A DNA stretch of 64,000 bases from assembly GCA_977017645.1 (NCBI GenBank), contig OZ360239.1, forward strand, positions 71,548,001 through 71,612,000. Direction: 5' to 3'. A program made the translations under genes and the position numbers. This DNA comes from Torpedo marmorata (lineage: Eukaryota). Shown piece by piece: positions 24,931-36,889 of the stretch; positions within the stretch are counted from its first letter, which is position 1; each line of letters begins with the position of its first letter. The notes beneath the pieces were generated by a model that saw only the letters and a list, made by a program, of their open reading frames with translations, had not been told where the DNA came from and did not search any database.

Positions 24931-25514
24931 AAACCTTGCAAATGAAGAATTTTATTTCTGGTGTTTTTAAAAACAGTTTAAAGGTGACATAAAGGAATTT
25001 CCATGCTATCAAATCCATAACTAACCTGCACACCCACTGTAGTGTACTTAACATAAGTTATTCAGATCTATACAAATGCATAAACTGCTCAAGGTGGACA
25101 GAATAAGTTAATGAATGCAGCATAAATAAAACAGCAACTGCTGGGAATACTTATCAGGTGAGGCAACAATTGTGGAAAGAGAAAGTGGGTTAATGCTTCA
25201 GGTTAAAAACTCTCCATCATAATTCATAAAGCAGACCTGATAATTGCAGCAGGCCAGAGGACTAAGTGAGCCCATGTAATGAGAGATGGCTCAGCGTACA
25301 ATTAAAAAAATAACACAACAGGTCAAGCAGCCTGCAGAAGGAGAAACACTCAACATTTCATGTGAACAACTTTGCTTCAGAGTTGAGAAAAAGTTAGGGG
25401 TGAGCAGAGGAAATGGTGGAGAGGGGAGGAAACAAATGCAATAGGATGGAAGTCAGGAACAATTAAATAACAACACAGGATTAAATTAAATTAATGAATG
25501 TATTTATTTATAAC

Positions 25515-25702
25515 ACAGTAGAAGCTGATTGCAGCCAGTGAAACCCGTACCGCCCAATTACACCAATTAACCTCCCAACCCTGTACATTTTTGGAGAGTG
25601 AGAGGTAACTGGAGCACTGGGGAAAACCCATGTAGGTCACGGGGAAAGTGTACAAACTCCTTACAAACAGCACCAGGTTCGAACCCGGGTCGCTGGTGCT
25701 GA
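25515..25702 (-). mobile_element. tRNA-derived SINE (HE1/V-SINE-like)
   Basis: B box GGTTCGAACC and the V-domain-like core on the minus strand. Confidence 0.8.
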
Positions 25703-26409
25703 AAATTCTCTCTTCCTTTGTCTTAATTAAACCAACCCCTTATTCTGCTATTGTGACTCCTGTTCCTGGAATCCTCCGCCAGAGGAAAAATAACAGAGTC
25801 TCGGATACATGAACCGATAACTAGACCCAACAACAGGAGTAAAGATGAGAATGAGGTTGAAACATGCTACAAGCATGGCATAAGGCCCAGAAACAAGTTA
25901 GGGATACAAATATTATGGCAAACCAGCATAAGAGTAGTGCTGATGAATTATTACAACAAGTGCAAATTTTAAATAAGATTGAAGCAGAACCAATATGAAA
26001 GGCCTGGAGATAAAACTTAAATGAATGGGATGGGCCAAGATCAGGGAAGGGGTGGATGTTTGTTGCTGGGGTTGGAGATGGAAAGACATAATTCAGTAAA
26101 GGCGAACTACGATTCACAGAGGCCTAACCAGTTCTCCACCACAAACTGAAGGAAATGGGTGGGATTTTCTGAGCTGCATCTACTGGTGCACGTCTTGTCT
26201 CTTAGCTTTGTTTCTCATGGGGAGGTGGCAGGAAGGGACCTTTCCTTGCTTGCATGAGAGGCAGATCTCTCACTAGGAGGAGGAATCTCCCAGGCTGTGT
26301 GCCGGCAGGTGACCACCTCTTCCACTGGGTCACTGCCCCAGTCAGGAACTCTGAGGATGGGGCTTGTGATGGTGGGAAATAGGATGAATTTTACAAGGAG
26401 CACCAAAAT

Positions 26410-26770
26410 GGCGGCAAGGTTAGCTGGGTTCAAATCCAGCGCTGTCTGTAAGGAGTTTGTACTTTCTCTTCAAGTCTGCATGGATTTCCTGCGGGTGCTC
26501 TGGTTATGTGGTGTGTGTGTGTGTGTGTGTGTGTGCACTGTAGTCCAGAGAAACACTGTTTTATCTGGCTGTATATGTACACTCAGATGAAAATAAACTT
26601 GAACTTGACCAATTATAAGGTTTAAAAATCTTTTGGACAGGCACATGGTTCTGAAAGGTTAAAGGGACATGGACTGAATGCAGGGAAATAGGGCTAGTTT
26701 GTATAGAAACTTGGTCAGCACTGACAGATTGGGGCGAAGGGCCTGGTTCTGTGCCATACCACTCTGTAAA
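26410..26770 (+). mobile_element. Cluster of a SINE head, (TG)n, a Rex-type tail and a CR1 tail
   Basis: GGTTCAAATCC...GAGTTTGTAC; (TG)n at 26510-26535; AATAAACTTGAACTTGA; GGCGAAGGGCCTG.TTCTGTGC. Confidence 0.6.
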
Positions 26771-26784
26771 ACTCACTCATTTGC

Positions 26785-27565
26785 CTACTGAACTCATCAT
26801 CACATTGAGGAAGCTCTTCTTCAACTACATTTTCTTTTCTTCATATCAAACTGCAGCTATGGTAACTCAGATGGGCCCAAGCCACGCCTGCCTATCTCTG
26901 AGTTACATGGAACATTTGTTGCTTCAGTCCTATCCGTGCCCCCTCCCTGAACTCTTTTACCAGTAGATCATCAACAACTGCATTGGTGCTGCTTCTTGCA
27001 CTCATACAGGACTTGAAAATTTCATTGCAATACACAAACATGCTGGAGAAACTTAGCAGGTCACGCACCATCCATAGGAAGTAAATGGAAACCAACATTT
27101 TGGGCCTGGGCCCTTCGTCAGGTATACGACAGGAAAATGTCATTGCTTCTTTTTGCCAATTTCCACCTGTTCTCACCTTCACATCGTCCATGGCACTTCC
27201 CTTTCCTTTTTGGAATCCTCTCCCTCCATCTCGGGGAACAAGCCAGTGACAAACATCCATTCCAAGCCTCCCACAGGTATCCTGACTATACTTATACTTC
27301 CTCCCAGTTGCCTACTGTGAGGTGTATATTCCATTCTTCCAGTTCCTCCTTCATTTCATTTACTCCAGTGATGATATTTTCCTCAGCATGCCTCTGAGAT
27401 GTCTTTCTCCTTGAACTGAGGCTTCTTCTCTACCCTTGACGACAGACCCATCTTTTTCCCCACACGGTGGTTCCCACCACCTTCCCTGTTTAGACTTCCC
27501 CTGGTCCTCATTTTCCATCCTACTGGCCTTTGCATTCAACAGATTATCTTTTGCCATTTCCATCT
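26785..27565 (+). mobile_element. Degraded Penelope-like RT fragment interrupted by an inverted pLTR (about 27025-27130)
   Basis: AMVTQMGPSHACLSLSYMEHLLLQSYP...ELFYQ..NCIGAASC resembles the PLE RT AMGTxMGPSYACLFxGYxE...LFxRYIDDCIG. Confidence 0.7.
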
Positions 27566-28072
27566 TTGATTTTCATTTATAATTTGGGTCAGATAAATTG
27601 ACAAATTTTAATTCAAATAATTAAGTCCATCGTGTTTCGAACTCAGACAGATTTCCAAAGCAAAGACCTAAGCAAGATAAAAAGTTGTATAAGGTGATGC
27701 CAGTCAAAAGTACCAGCTGGGAATTGAAAATGGGTGCCACCTATTGGATGGCAGCCAGAACTGCATTGTGACAAGACATTGCTGACATAACAATGTCCAT
27801 GACAATTGTTCTGGCTGTGAATATTAACTTAAATGCAGGACAACAATACTTCCAAAAGGCAGCCCATTGCCATCTTCTCAGGGGTAATTAGGAAGCCACA
27901 CCCACATCCTACAATAAGGAATAAAAAAAGTGCTGATAAAAGGAAGTCTGTGAGCAGAAAACGCCCATTTTACAAAAGATTTGTGTAAAATCAGTTGATA
28001 AATATAGGGTATTAGAAGCTGGAAACTGATTCCATCGATATTGAATATGAACACTATTAACCCCATTGTACG

Positions 28073-28809
28073 GAAGTAAAACACGAAAATCTGTAGACAC
28101 TGTGGTTGAAGTAAAAAACACAAATGCTGGAGAAACTCAGCAGGTCAAACAGTGTCCTTTATGTAGCAAAGGTAGAAATACATAACCGACGTTTCGGGCT
28201 TGAGCCCTTCATCAAAGTATGAGAAAATGCCGGCAGGCATCCGAACAAAAGAGTGAGGGGGGAAGGGGGGGGGGTTGGCAAAGGCAGGAGATGATAGGTG
28301 GAGAAAGGAGGGAGGGTGCCTGCCGACATTTTCTCATACTTTGATGAAGGGCTCAAGCCCGAAACGTCGGTTATGTATTTCTACCTTTGCTACATAAAAG
28401 ACACTGTTTGACCTGCTGAGTTTCTCCAGCATTTGTGTTTTTTAACCCCATTGTACGCCAGGTGGTACAACTACCCTCTGCCCGTTCTAAACGTTTGTGG
28501 AAGTAATTTCCAACCTCCCCCTCTTTGCTGCTGTCCCCTCCCTCCTTTCTCCACCTATCATCTCCTGCCTTTGTCACCACCACCCCCCCCTTCTCCCCGT
28601 CACTCTTTTGTTCGGACGCCTGCCGGCATTTTCTCATACTTTGATAAAGGGCTCAAGCCCGAAACGTCAGTTATGTATTTCTACCTTTGCTACATAAAAC
28701 ACACTGTTTGACCTGCTGAGTTTCTCCAGCATGTGTGTTTTTTAACCCCATTGTACGCCAGGTGGTACAACTACCCTCTGCCCGTTCTAAACGTTTGTGG
28801 AAGTAATTT
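28073..28809. mobile_element. Young Penelope-like pLTR cluster: one inverted and two tandem copies with duplicated host flank
   Basis: 28115-28236 is the reverse complement of 28318-28441. A second direct copy lies at 28510-28741. TTAACCCCATTGTACG occurs at 28057, 28442 and 28742. Confidence 0.88.
28335..28375 (+). ncRNA. Minimal type-I hammerhead ribozyme motif (PLE-associated)
   Basis: CATACT-TTGATGA-A-GGGC(TCAA)GCCC-GAAA-CGTC-GGTTATG shows core boxes, a 4-bp helix II, a palindromic ACGT helix III, a GUC triplet and a flanking helix I. C3 is U. Activity is untested. Confidence 0.7.
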
Positions 28810-30599
28810 TCCACGTTGACTCGGCTGGAATAAAATTGGTGACCACATTAAAATGGGCTGGAAGTGTAAACTAACTCAAGATTTTAATAACATATAATAA
28901 CCTCAATGCACGATGAAAAAATAAACGGTGTAAAAGAACGTTTTGAAATAAATAACAGGTTCTACACAACGCCCACTAAACGCGCTGAAAACCATTGTTA
29001 AAACTGCACTACACATCACAGGTCACGGGGACACTTGGTAATTGTTTGCACATTGCTAACAATACGTGCCCTTTGAAGTTTGAACAGCGGTAAGAATTCA
29101 ATTGCGGATAAATTCTGCACCAGATAAATACCAAGCCGCATCGCGTCCTTCAATCACACATCAAATATTCGAGTTGACTAAAAATAGTCAGCCTCTTGTT
29201 TATTTAACGCGATTCCAAATAATCCACTAATTGTTTTCGAGTTTCGGTGCGTTCGTCATCGTGTGATGTTGACCATGACTTTGAATGATTTTGATTTGGA
29301 AAGATTTTAAGTGTTAATATTTTCTGGCCCGATCATATTTAAAAGTTTATTTTATTTTATATTTAAGTTTCCCCGCCCCGGGATGTCTGGTAGCAGTACA
29401 GTAGGAGCCGTAAAATTGTAACTATTTTACTTTCGCTCTTAGCTCTGGGGAACAACACGACTTCGAATTCTTGACCATTTTCTGTAAATTTCAATTCCTT
29501 TTATGAGAACTCGAGGTTGCTTTTTTTTTCCCCCATTTTAACATTTTAGGTGAATGTGTCAAATTTCTCTGGAGCCTTTTCATGTATTTTAGGTATGTTT
29601 GTGTGGATGTTTGAAATTGGACACTTTAAAGTTTAAATAAACTTCTCATTACCGCCCCCTTACTGTCTAAACTCGCCCAGAATGAATCTAATCTCTGCAC
29701 CGAGCTGTGATTATTACTGTGAAATACGTTTGTGCAAGTCCAGAATATTGGAAATTTCCCCGCCCACGAAAAAAAGCATATGCACAAGTTTGAAGGTCAT
29801 CTCTTATTTTGTTCTCTGAAATCACATTAAAATAATCCGAGCTATTTTCACTCTCCAGATCGAGCATAAAAAATGTGAAATTAAATAACCAGTTGTGGTG
29901 GAGGCTTGAGACAAAATGCATGATTGCGAAACCTTTCCGTTCATATCGTATACCTGTATTGAAATAACACTGCTGCCGCGGTACAGACTGCAACATCAAC
30001 GAGCTGTTTACGCTGCAGACACCGAAATGTTTTACTGCAGTTATTGTACAACGCCGCAAATACTGAGTGTGTACGCAGTTCATACTGAAGGAATATCATC
30101 CTTACACTTCCAACTCCTTGTTTTCTGAAACTTGCCGTAGCCGCAGAAAAAAAGGGAAAATAATTAATTATTAACCGAGTTCTGCATCGAATCAGGGTTA
30201 CGCAAATCCAATGTGCGCAGCAGACTTTCAGAGTCGTGAATATTAAAAAGCAGGCGGGGAGACCAACTGCCAAAGCAATGGGCAAAGTGCAGCGGATTTT
30301 GGTTGAGATCTGAGACTTAACTTTCCAGGTTAACTTTTTCAACCCCGGACCCACGAAATATAACCCGTGCACTATCAGAATCCCGTGCACTAACATCATT
30401 CGGTAACATCGTGTGGAATATGGTGATCCTTTCATCGGTACCGTCCGGAGCAATGCATCCCAGCGCTGCCCTGCACCTTGCAAGGCATACGTCCCAGCTC
30501 TGGCATCGTCCGGGGCGATACCATTCAATATATATACCTGAGCATTGGCACCACCCCGAACTTTAATGTTATGCACGCAGAGTAAAAGATGTCAAAGCA

Positions 30600-31000
30600 G
30601 TACATGAACCCTGGAGTGGCACAGCCGCGACTCCCATCAGCTGACCTTGTTTGCAGTTTTATCAATTGCAAAAGCCATTCAAAAAAAAAAAGGGGTGCGC
30701 GACCCCGCCGTCGTGGTTTCCCTTCCCAGACCTGAGCTGCACGGTTTGTGCACGTGTACTGAAACTGGCCCAGATCGTCCTCGTCCCCTCTCTGCCAGCG
30801 GCGCGCGCCCGCGTGACAGAGGCGCGTCCGCGACCGCTGCAGGAAATCTTCTCCCTCATACACAGGCTGACGTCATGCCGCAGGTCCTGGCAGGGCGGTA
30901 GACGCTGGTGCTCACAAAAACCGTGGCGAAAAATGAACCCCGGTCTCAAACCTGCTCGCCACTGGGCAAAGGGCACTCTGGGCAGTCGCCTGCTCCTGCC
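30600..31000 (+). promoter_or_regulatory. CpG-rich promoter region of the ARID5 gene
   Basis: High CpG density 350-750 bp upstream of the ATG. E-box CACGTG at 30751-30756, CRE TGACGTCA at 30868-30875 and GC box GGGCGG at about 30893. Confidence 0.7.
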
Positions 31001-31349
31001 CAGAGCCTTGGTTGTATTTCTAGCTTCATTGATAGCCGCAAGCATTGCCATTCCAAGCGCGTTTAGGCTGGAAAGACATAGTTACAAATCACTTTGCAGA
31101 AAAAAAACAATAGGACTTCCAGGAATTTGGTGCAGTTTTGGGAGGAGGTATCAAAACTTGGAGGGAGGGGCAATAATTAGGTGCAGACTGTGGCCACAAT
31201 AGACCTGCATGGGGGCAGAGAAATGAATTTCATATTGCACCATCTCTGCACCTTCCTATGAAATATTCTTAGAGCTGCTAGGACCTCGCACATTCATTCA
31301 ACCCAACTTTGGAGGAGAATGTAGACTTCAATCAATTGAGAAGGGCGAT

Positions 31350-31370
31350 ATGGAGACGGACTCAATCAAG
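31350..31370 (+). CDS. ARID5B: ARID5B-like coding exon 1 (METDSIK)
   Basis: ATG plus 21 nt, then AG|GTATT donor. It corresponds to human MEPNSLQ and joins exon 2 in phase 0. Confidence 0.85.
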
Positions 31371-31652
31371 GTATTAAACTGCTTTCTGCTATTATTCTCA
31401 CACTGTCCTCCAAACCCCTCCACCGACTACACTCTTACCTCTGCCTGACTTCAATTTACTTGCGAATAAGGCGTAAAGGTTTAAAAATAATTTTTTAAAA
31501 GCTGACCTAAATCTCATCAGAAATTGTTCCAAACATATTTTGATTGTTTTTTTTAAAGATAAAAAAAAATCCCTTCCTGTCAATTTCCCCTATGTTTCAA
31601 TTTTTAATATATATATTATAAACTGTGTTGTGTATGTTTTTCCCCCTCGCAG

Positions 31653-31907
31653 TGGGTTGGTTCTCCGTGCGGTTTACACGGAGCCTACATTTTCTACAAA
31701 GCTTTCAAATTCAGTCTTGAAGGCAGACCAAGAATCCTCTCCCTCGGAGACTTTTTCTTTGTAAGATGTAAGCCAGGAGCACCGATTTGCATAGCAGAAC
31801 TCCAGCTGTTGTGGGAAGAGAGAAGCAACAAGCAACTTTTGTCGAGTTCCAAACTCTACTTTCTCCCTGAAGATACACCCGAAGGGAGGTCGATCGGCCA
31901 CGGAGAG
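31653..31907 (+). CDS. ARID5B: ARID5B-like coding exon 2 (N-terminal BAH-like domain)
   Basis: TTTCCCCCTCGCAG acceptor and GAG|GTGATG donor; 255 nt. It reads WVGSPCGLHGAYIFYKAFKFSLEGRPRILSLGDFFFVRCKPGAPICIAELQLLWEERSNKQLLSSSKLYFLPEDTPEGRSIGHGE, closely matching ARID5B as I recall it. Confidence 0.95.
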
Positions 31908-34900
31908 GTGATGACCCCCCCCCCCCCAACTTTCTTGTTTGATTCATTTTTAATTGCCTCTGTGATATTTTGTGTCTCTGCCTTTGCAATATGAAATACG
32001 AGCGGTGCACTTAGTTGTTTATGTGAACTTTATAGTAAATGGGAATGTTTATAGAATCTGTTTGCATAGTGTAAAAGCAAAGGCGATGGATATTTGCACC
32101 CTCCCCCCGTAGTTCGGTTGGGTAACGTTAAGCTATTCCTCTTGGGCTGCGGAGAGGAGGGGGGGGGGGACTATGTGATTAAAAATATTTAGCATTGACT
32201 AAAGGGCGGAAATTACGAAACGGGATGAGATCAAAGCTATTCCATGAAGGCGTGTAACCGGGTGAAAAAAGGACAGGTAGACGAATGCAGCTCCCTGGTC
32301 TAGCTGTCTGTGCACAAGAGATGCGATGCGGCGAGTCCTTTTTTTTGATTGTCAGCATGTGACGTTTTTACAGTGTGTAGTGAAAACCGATTCTTTCCAT
32401 GTAAACATCCAAACAGCACATTCAGATGAGAGAGAGAGAAAAATATCTAGTGTGCCAAGGAAATTAGCCTCACACAATTTTCCATGCAATGACGCAAATC
32501 TTTAAATAACTTTTTTTATTCAAAAAACCGAAATCTGATTCAGTTACCAACCATATAAATACATTAGAAGGACAGAGGGAGACTGGATTTGTCTACGCGG
32601 CGTTTGTGCTCTGTAATTTAGTCGTGATGTGTGTGAAAATCAGTGATGAACAGTTACGCGTTGGAAGCGCTGGTTTAACGTGACGTGTAAATAGTCCGGC
32701 GTTTAAACTGCATTTTACAGTATCCCGATAGGGGCGAGAGCGAATAGACTGTAAACACTACAGACGACTAGTTGTGCTCCTGAAAACAGCTCTTGTCTGC
32801 ACGCCGGAGTTAATTGTGCATTCTGAAAGACTGGCGTGTCAAATTACCTTTTCATATCTTGCAACAGGTTTAGAAGTAGTTAATCCCTCCTATTGCTTTT
32901 TTCCCGAGCACACTGTCCAATCTAGTTGTGTTCGACCTGCCTATCTCACTGTTTCTCTTTCCAGATCGATAATTACTAAATTCATTGTTACGAGTTAACA
33001 AAAACACAATTGAAAACACTTAGTAACCTTTATCCAGAGTTCTATTACCTCTCCCCCTGTTTAAAATGTTCTGAGCAGTTGTCTCTCTTCTTCCCTTGTT
33101 ATTTGCTTTTAAAACTTAATAATTGACGCGGTTTAGTGATCTGGAAAAAAAAAATAAATAACGAAACAGATCCGTGGGGCTTCAGGCTCCATCCACCCCC
33201 TCCTCTAGTATACGTTAAGCAGCTGAAAACGATTAGCTTATTATGCAGGGTGGCAAATGCCACAATTTAATAGCATTTGTTTGCATATTCTGCGCTGAAT
33301 GAAGTAAAGTGGTGCATGGTTCTCTCAACACGAACCTGCTGGTTTATAATTATGTTTATTCAGCTAAATTGTAGGAAGGCGTATTGTGATTTTAAGTAGA
33401 CTGGAAACGATAGACAGCTAGTTTAACACGTATATGTGGTATTATACATAAATGTAGTGTTATTTTATATTGCGGTTAACAGGGTGCTGATCTGTTATTT
33501 CTGATATCGGAGTCGAGGACCAAAGTACTGTTGTTAATGATTAACTTCCAGTTAGTATCGCCCGGAAAACCTCAATATCATCTGTTGAGGTAACTGTGAG
33601 TTGCAAGTTTACGCTCACGGACAGGCTGAAATTATGCAAATACCTTGTGTTCTTCACAATAACACGGCGAGGGAAAGAACAGGTTGTAGTTTCCAGATGC
33701 CGCCTTACTTCACAGCAGCTGATGTCATTTCCCTTCTGGCCAGAGTTAGTCATTCATTAGCAGTAGTAACAGCAACAAGCGCGCACACACTGATCCTGAG
33801 CCTTGGCAAGGTGCCCAGAGAAACTTACACCAAGCTCCAGCGAGCTCAATACGAGACTATCATTAATATGTTAACGCAGTTGTCACATATTAATAGGTGT
33901 GTTGTGTACGTACGGTTCTTGTCAGAATTGATGGTCCCTGCCTATCTCGCATTGTATTCTTCTGTATATTACACCAGCTTTCAGCTGAGGGAATGGGAAT
34001 TGCAAGTTAATTGACCTATCATTTTGTATTAATTTCTATATTTAGAATCCCCCAGGAAGTCAATTATTTCTCGTTTTAAGAAATTTTCATTTCCAAAGTT
34101 GTCAGCTGCCAAAATGTTGTTGACTCAATAACATGAAATGGTGACCCATTTTCATCCAACATAAATAGATGGATTCCCATAAAAGGCTCAGGCAATATTG
34201 GAATGGTAATGAAATATGTGAATGCAGAAATGTGTCAATGGAAAAAGAGCTACCTATCTTGTGAAATTTATGAGGGACTGTCATACATTATATTGTATAC
34301 ACAAACTCAGTATGTGTATGCAGTAAAATGCCTACCATTTGATGGCATATGATGTATGTTGTACACTGTATATGCTTTGTATGTTGTGGTTTTTTTTGTG
34401 GTATACTTTCAGTAGTAAATGTAGAAACAAATTTGTATCTTAACATTTTAATTCTTTGTGGGTTTTTAACTTCGTTTATGGTTTCAAGCTACCCTGTAAA
34501 TCTGAGTTAAACTTGGGAGAAAATACCTATTGATGGCAAACAAACTAGACATTAGAATCCGATGAAACTTGCAACCATAATAAAATCTGTAACTACACGA
34601 ACACGAGATCTCACGAAGATGGCATGAGAAGTAAAAAAGTATGGTGAAGACATGAAATTTGGGAAATCGGTATATTTACTCAAAACTGAAGGGCAGAGAA
34701 TAAATATATTTCTTCACATGAGGATGATCTGGAATAAATGAACTGAAAAGGTGGAACAGAAGCTGATTAACTTTGACAAGGCAATTGGATGTATGCTTGG
34801 GGAAATAAAGGGGGATATTGCAAAAGAGAAGGCAATCTAAAACTAAATGGATAAGTAAGTGCTGGCACAGGCATTAGGGGATGAATGGACTCCTACACAG

Positions 34901-36224
34901 TAAGATTATCTAATAGATTGCAATTGTGTGGTGCTTTTCAGACTTTTTTTGAAAAAAGACTTTGTTGCAGAACAATTACTTTCTATTTTAACTAATCCAC
35001 CTTTGTTGCTGTGCTGTAAATCATAAGATGGTAATTGTGCCTGCATATTAAATTTGGCATAAATATGCAGCATTAATAATGGCAAACTATTCCAGTAAAG
35101 CTGAATAAATTGTAGTTCATCTTCACTGTACAGTATATTAATGTCCCACTCCCCAGAGGGATCAGATATAATGAATACAATTATGCAAATCGGCAAAATT
35201 TGCTGCAGTATGTTTTTGGCAACATTTTTTTCCCAAGTTTTGCATTTCTTATGTTCACAAGCACTGTTCTGATACTGAGAGCATCATGGGCTTTTTCATT
35301 TTATGTGCCAATTATTTGAATAATGTCATCTGTTTTGAATATAGTAATAGGAAAACAGCAATATCCTTTTCCCCCCCAAGAGTCGCTTGTCTACTTCAAA
35401 ATTCAAATTCAGCAAGCAACATAGCCAGCATGGCAAGGCTGATTTTTAAGTGGGTCAGTCACTAAAGATATGTTTAAACAATTTTTAAATATAATATAGG
35501 AGAGGAATAAATGACGTAAATTTAAAACCGGAGAACAATGTTGTAATATTTTACGACTATAAGTTGGCTTTGGAAAAGAATCAGCAAAATAAATACATTG
35601 GAATGAAATTTACCATTTGTTTAAAAATGCTGCTGCTGGCATGGGTAATTTAAAGAGGTCTAAAAGCTTGCTTTCAGGAAAAAAAAGCTTAAATGATTGT
35701 TCAGATAAAGAAGTGATGTGGGGGGGGGGGGGCCGGTGGAGTGGATGAGGGGAAGTAAAACATCAGTGCCAAGCATCTGCTGATTTCTTTAAATTAGATT
35801 CTAGTCACCAAATACTCTTCAAGTGATTCTGTCCTCTATTAGTACTATGAATTCGATAGTAGGGCTCTAATTACTTTTTGAAGTTCACTGCTGACTTTAA
35901 CTGTGAAATGACTGGGTTTCAAGGGTTACACATTGTTTAAGAATGCAACATTTTATATAATATCAGTTCAAAAACTTCAGGCATCGATCCAGAGTAAATT
36001 CAGCATTCTGACCTTTCGAAGTTGGTATATGAATGTGCAAGGAACAAGTTGGTGGTCAGTGTGAGATTTTTAATTTTAGTTTTTAATTCGTTGTAAATGA
36101 AAAGAGCAAAATGCAGTGGGAGTGCAGCAGTGATGAGTGGCTTTAGTTGAGGCAGCGTTATCAGTCTTGAATTGCTGAGCTGATAAAAAGGGGACATAAA
36201 CAAGGAGTTACATGACACAAATAC

Positions 36225-36368
36225 TAAAGATGAAAATGAAAATAAAACTGCAGATGCTGAAAATCTGAGATAAAAACAGAAAACGCCTGAAAAACTTGGC
36301 AGGACGTGCAGTAGCTGTGGAATGAGAAACAGTCAACGTTTGGAAGTCCAGACCCTTCATCAGGACTG
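36225..36368 (-). mobile_element. Penelope-like pLTR fragment
   Basis: The minus strand reads CCTGATGAAGGGTCTGGACTTCCAAACGTTGACTG...CAGATTTTCAGCATCTGCAG. Confidence 0.7.
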
Positions 36369-36562
36369 AGAAACCCATGAGCATGATGGAACATCTCCAT
36401 TTCGGCATGCATCAACTCATTTTGAACTCCTAGAACCCCTGCTTTGTGAAGCATTGCGCTGGAGGTTTAGAAAAGGCTGAAGTAAAAATCCTAAATCAAA
36501 AACACCAAGAACTGTTAGTACCAGGAACTCAGGATGGATAAGATTAATGAGGATAATTTTAT

Positions 36563-36810
36563 GCGTTGGCGTAGTGGTTAGCGCAATGGCTTTACAGCAC
36601 CAGCGGTCGGGACCGGGGTTCGAATCCCACGCTGTCTGTAGGGAGTTTGTACGTTCTCCCTGTGTCTGTGTGGGTTTTCCCCGGGGGCTCCAGTTTTCTC
36701 CCACCATTCAAAACGTACCGGGGGTGTAGGTTGATTGGGTGTAAATTGGGTGGCATGGACTTGTGGGCCGAAAGGGCCTGTTACCATGCTGTATGTCTAA
36801 ATTTAAATCT
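36563..36810 (+). mobile_element. Near full-length young tRNA-derived SINE (HE1/V-SINE-like)
   Basis: A box TGGCGTAGTGG, B box GGTTCGAATCCC, V-domain-like core and CR1-like tail GGGCCGAAAGGGCCTGTTACCATGCTGTATGTCTAAA. Confidence 0.9.
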
Positions 36811-36889
36811 GACCTGTCCTGTTCTAGTATGGCTGAACTTCAGACTGCTCCATTCTCCAGCACAATGAATTTAAGTTGCAGATGCGGTG

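Noticed and set aside
29688-31051. Long ORFs 29941..30576(-), 30662..31051(-) and 29688..30083(-)
   Set aside because: No recognisable domains or exon structure; overlapping ORFs are expected in CpG-rich promoter DNA.
36563-36632. tRNA gene (also 11810, 25650, 48420)
   Set aside because: The A/B boxes belong to SINE heads followed by SINE core and tail; there is no complete cloverleaf.
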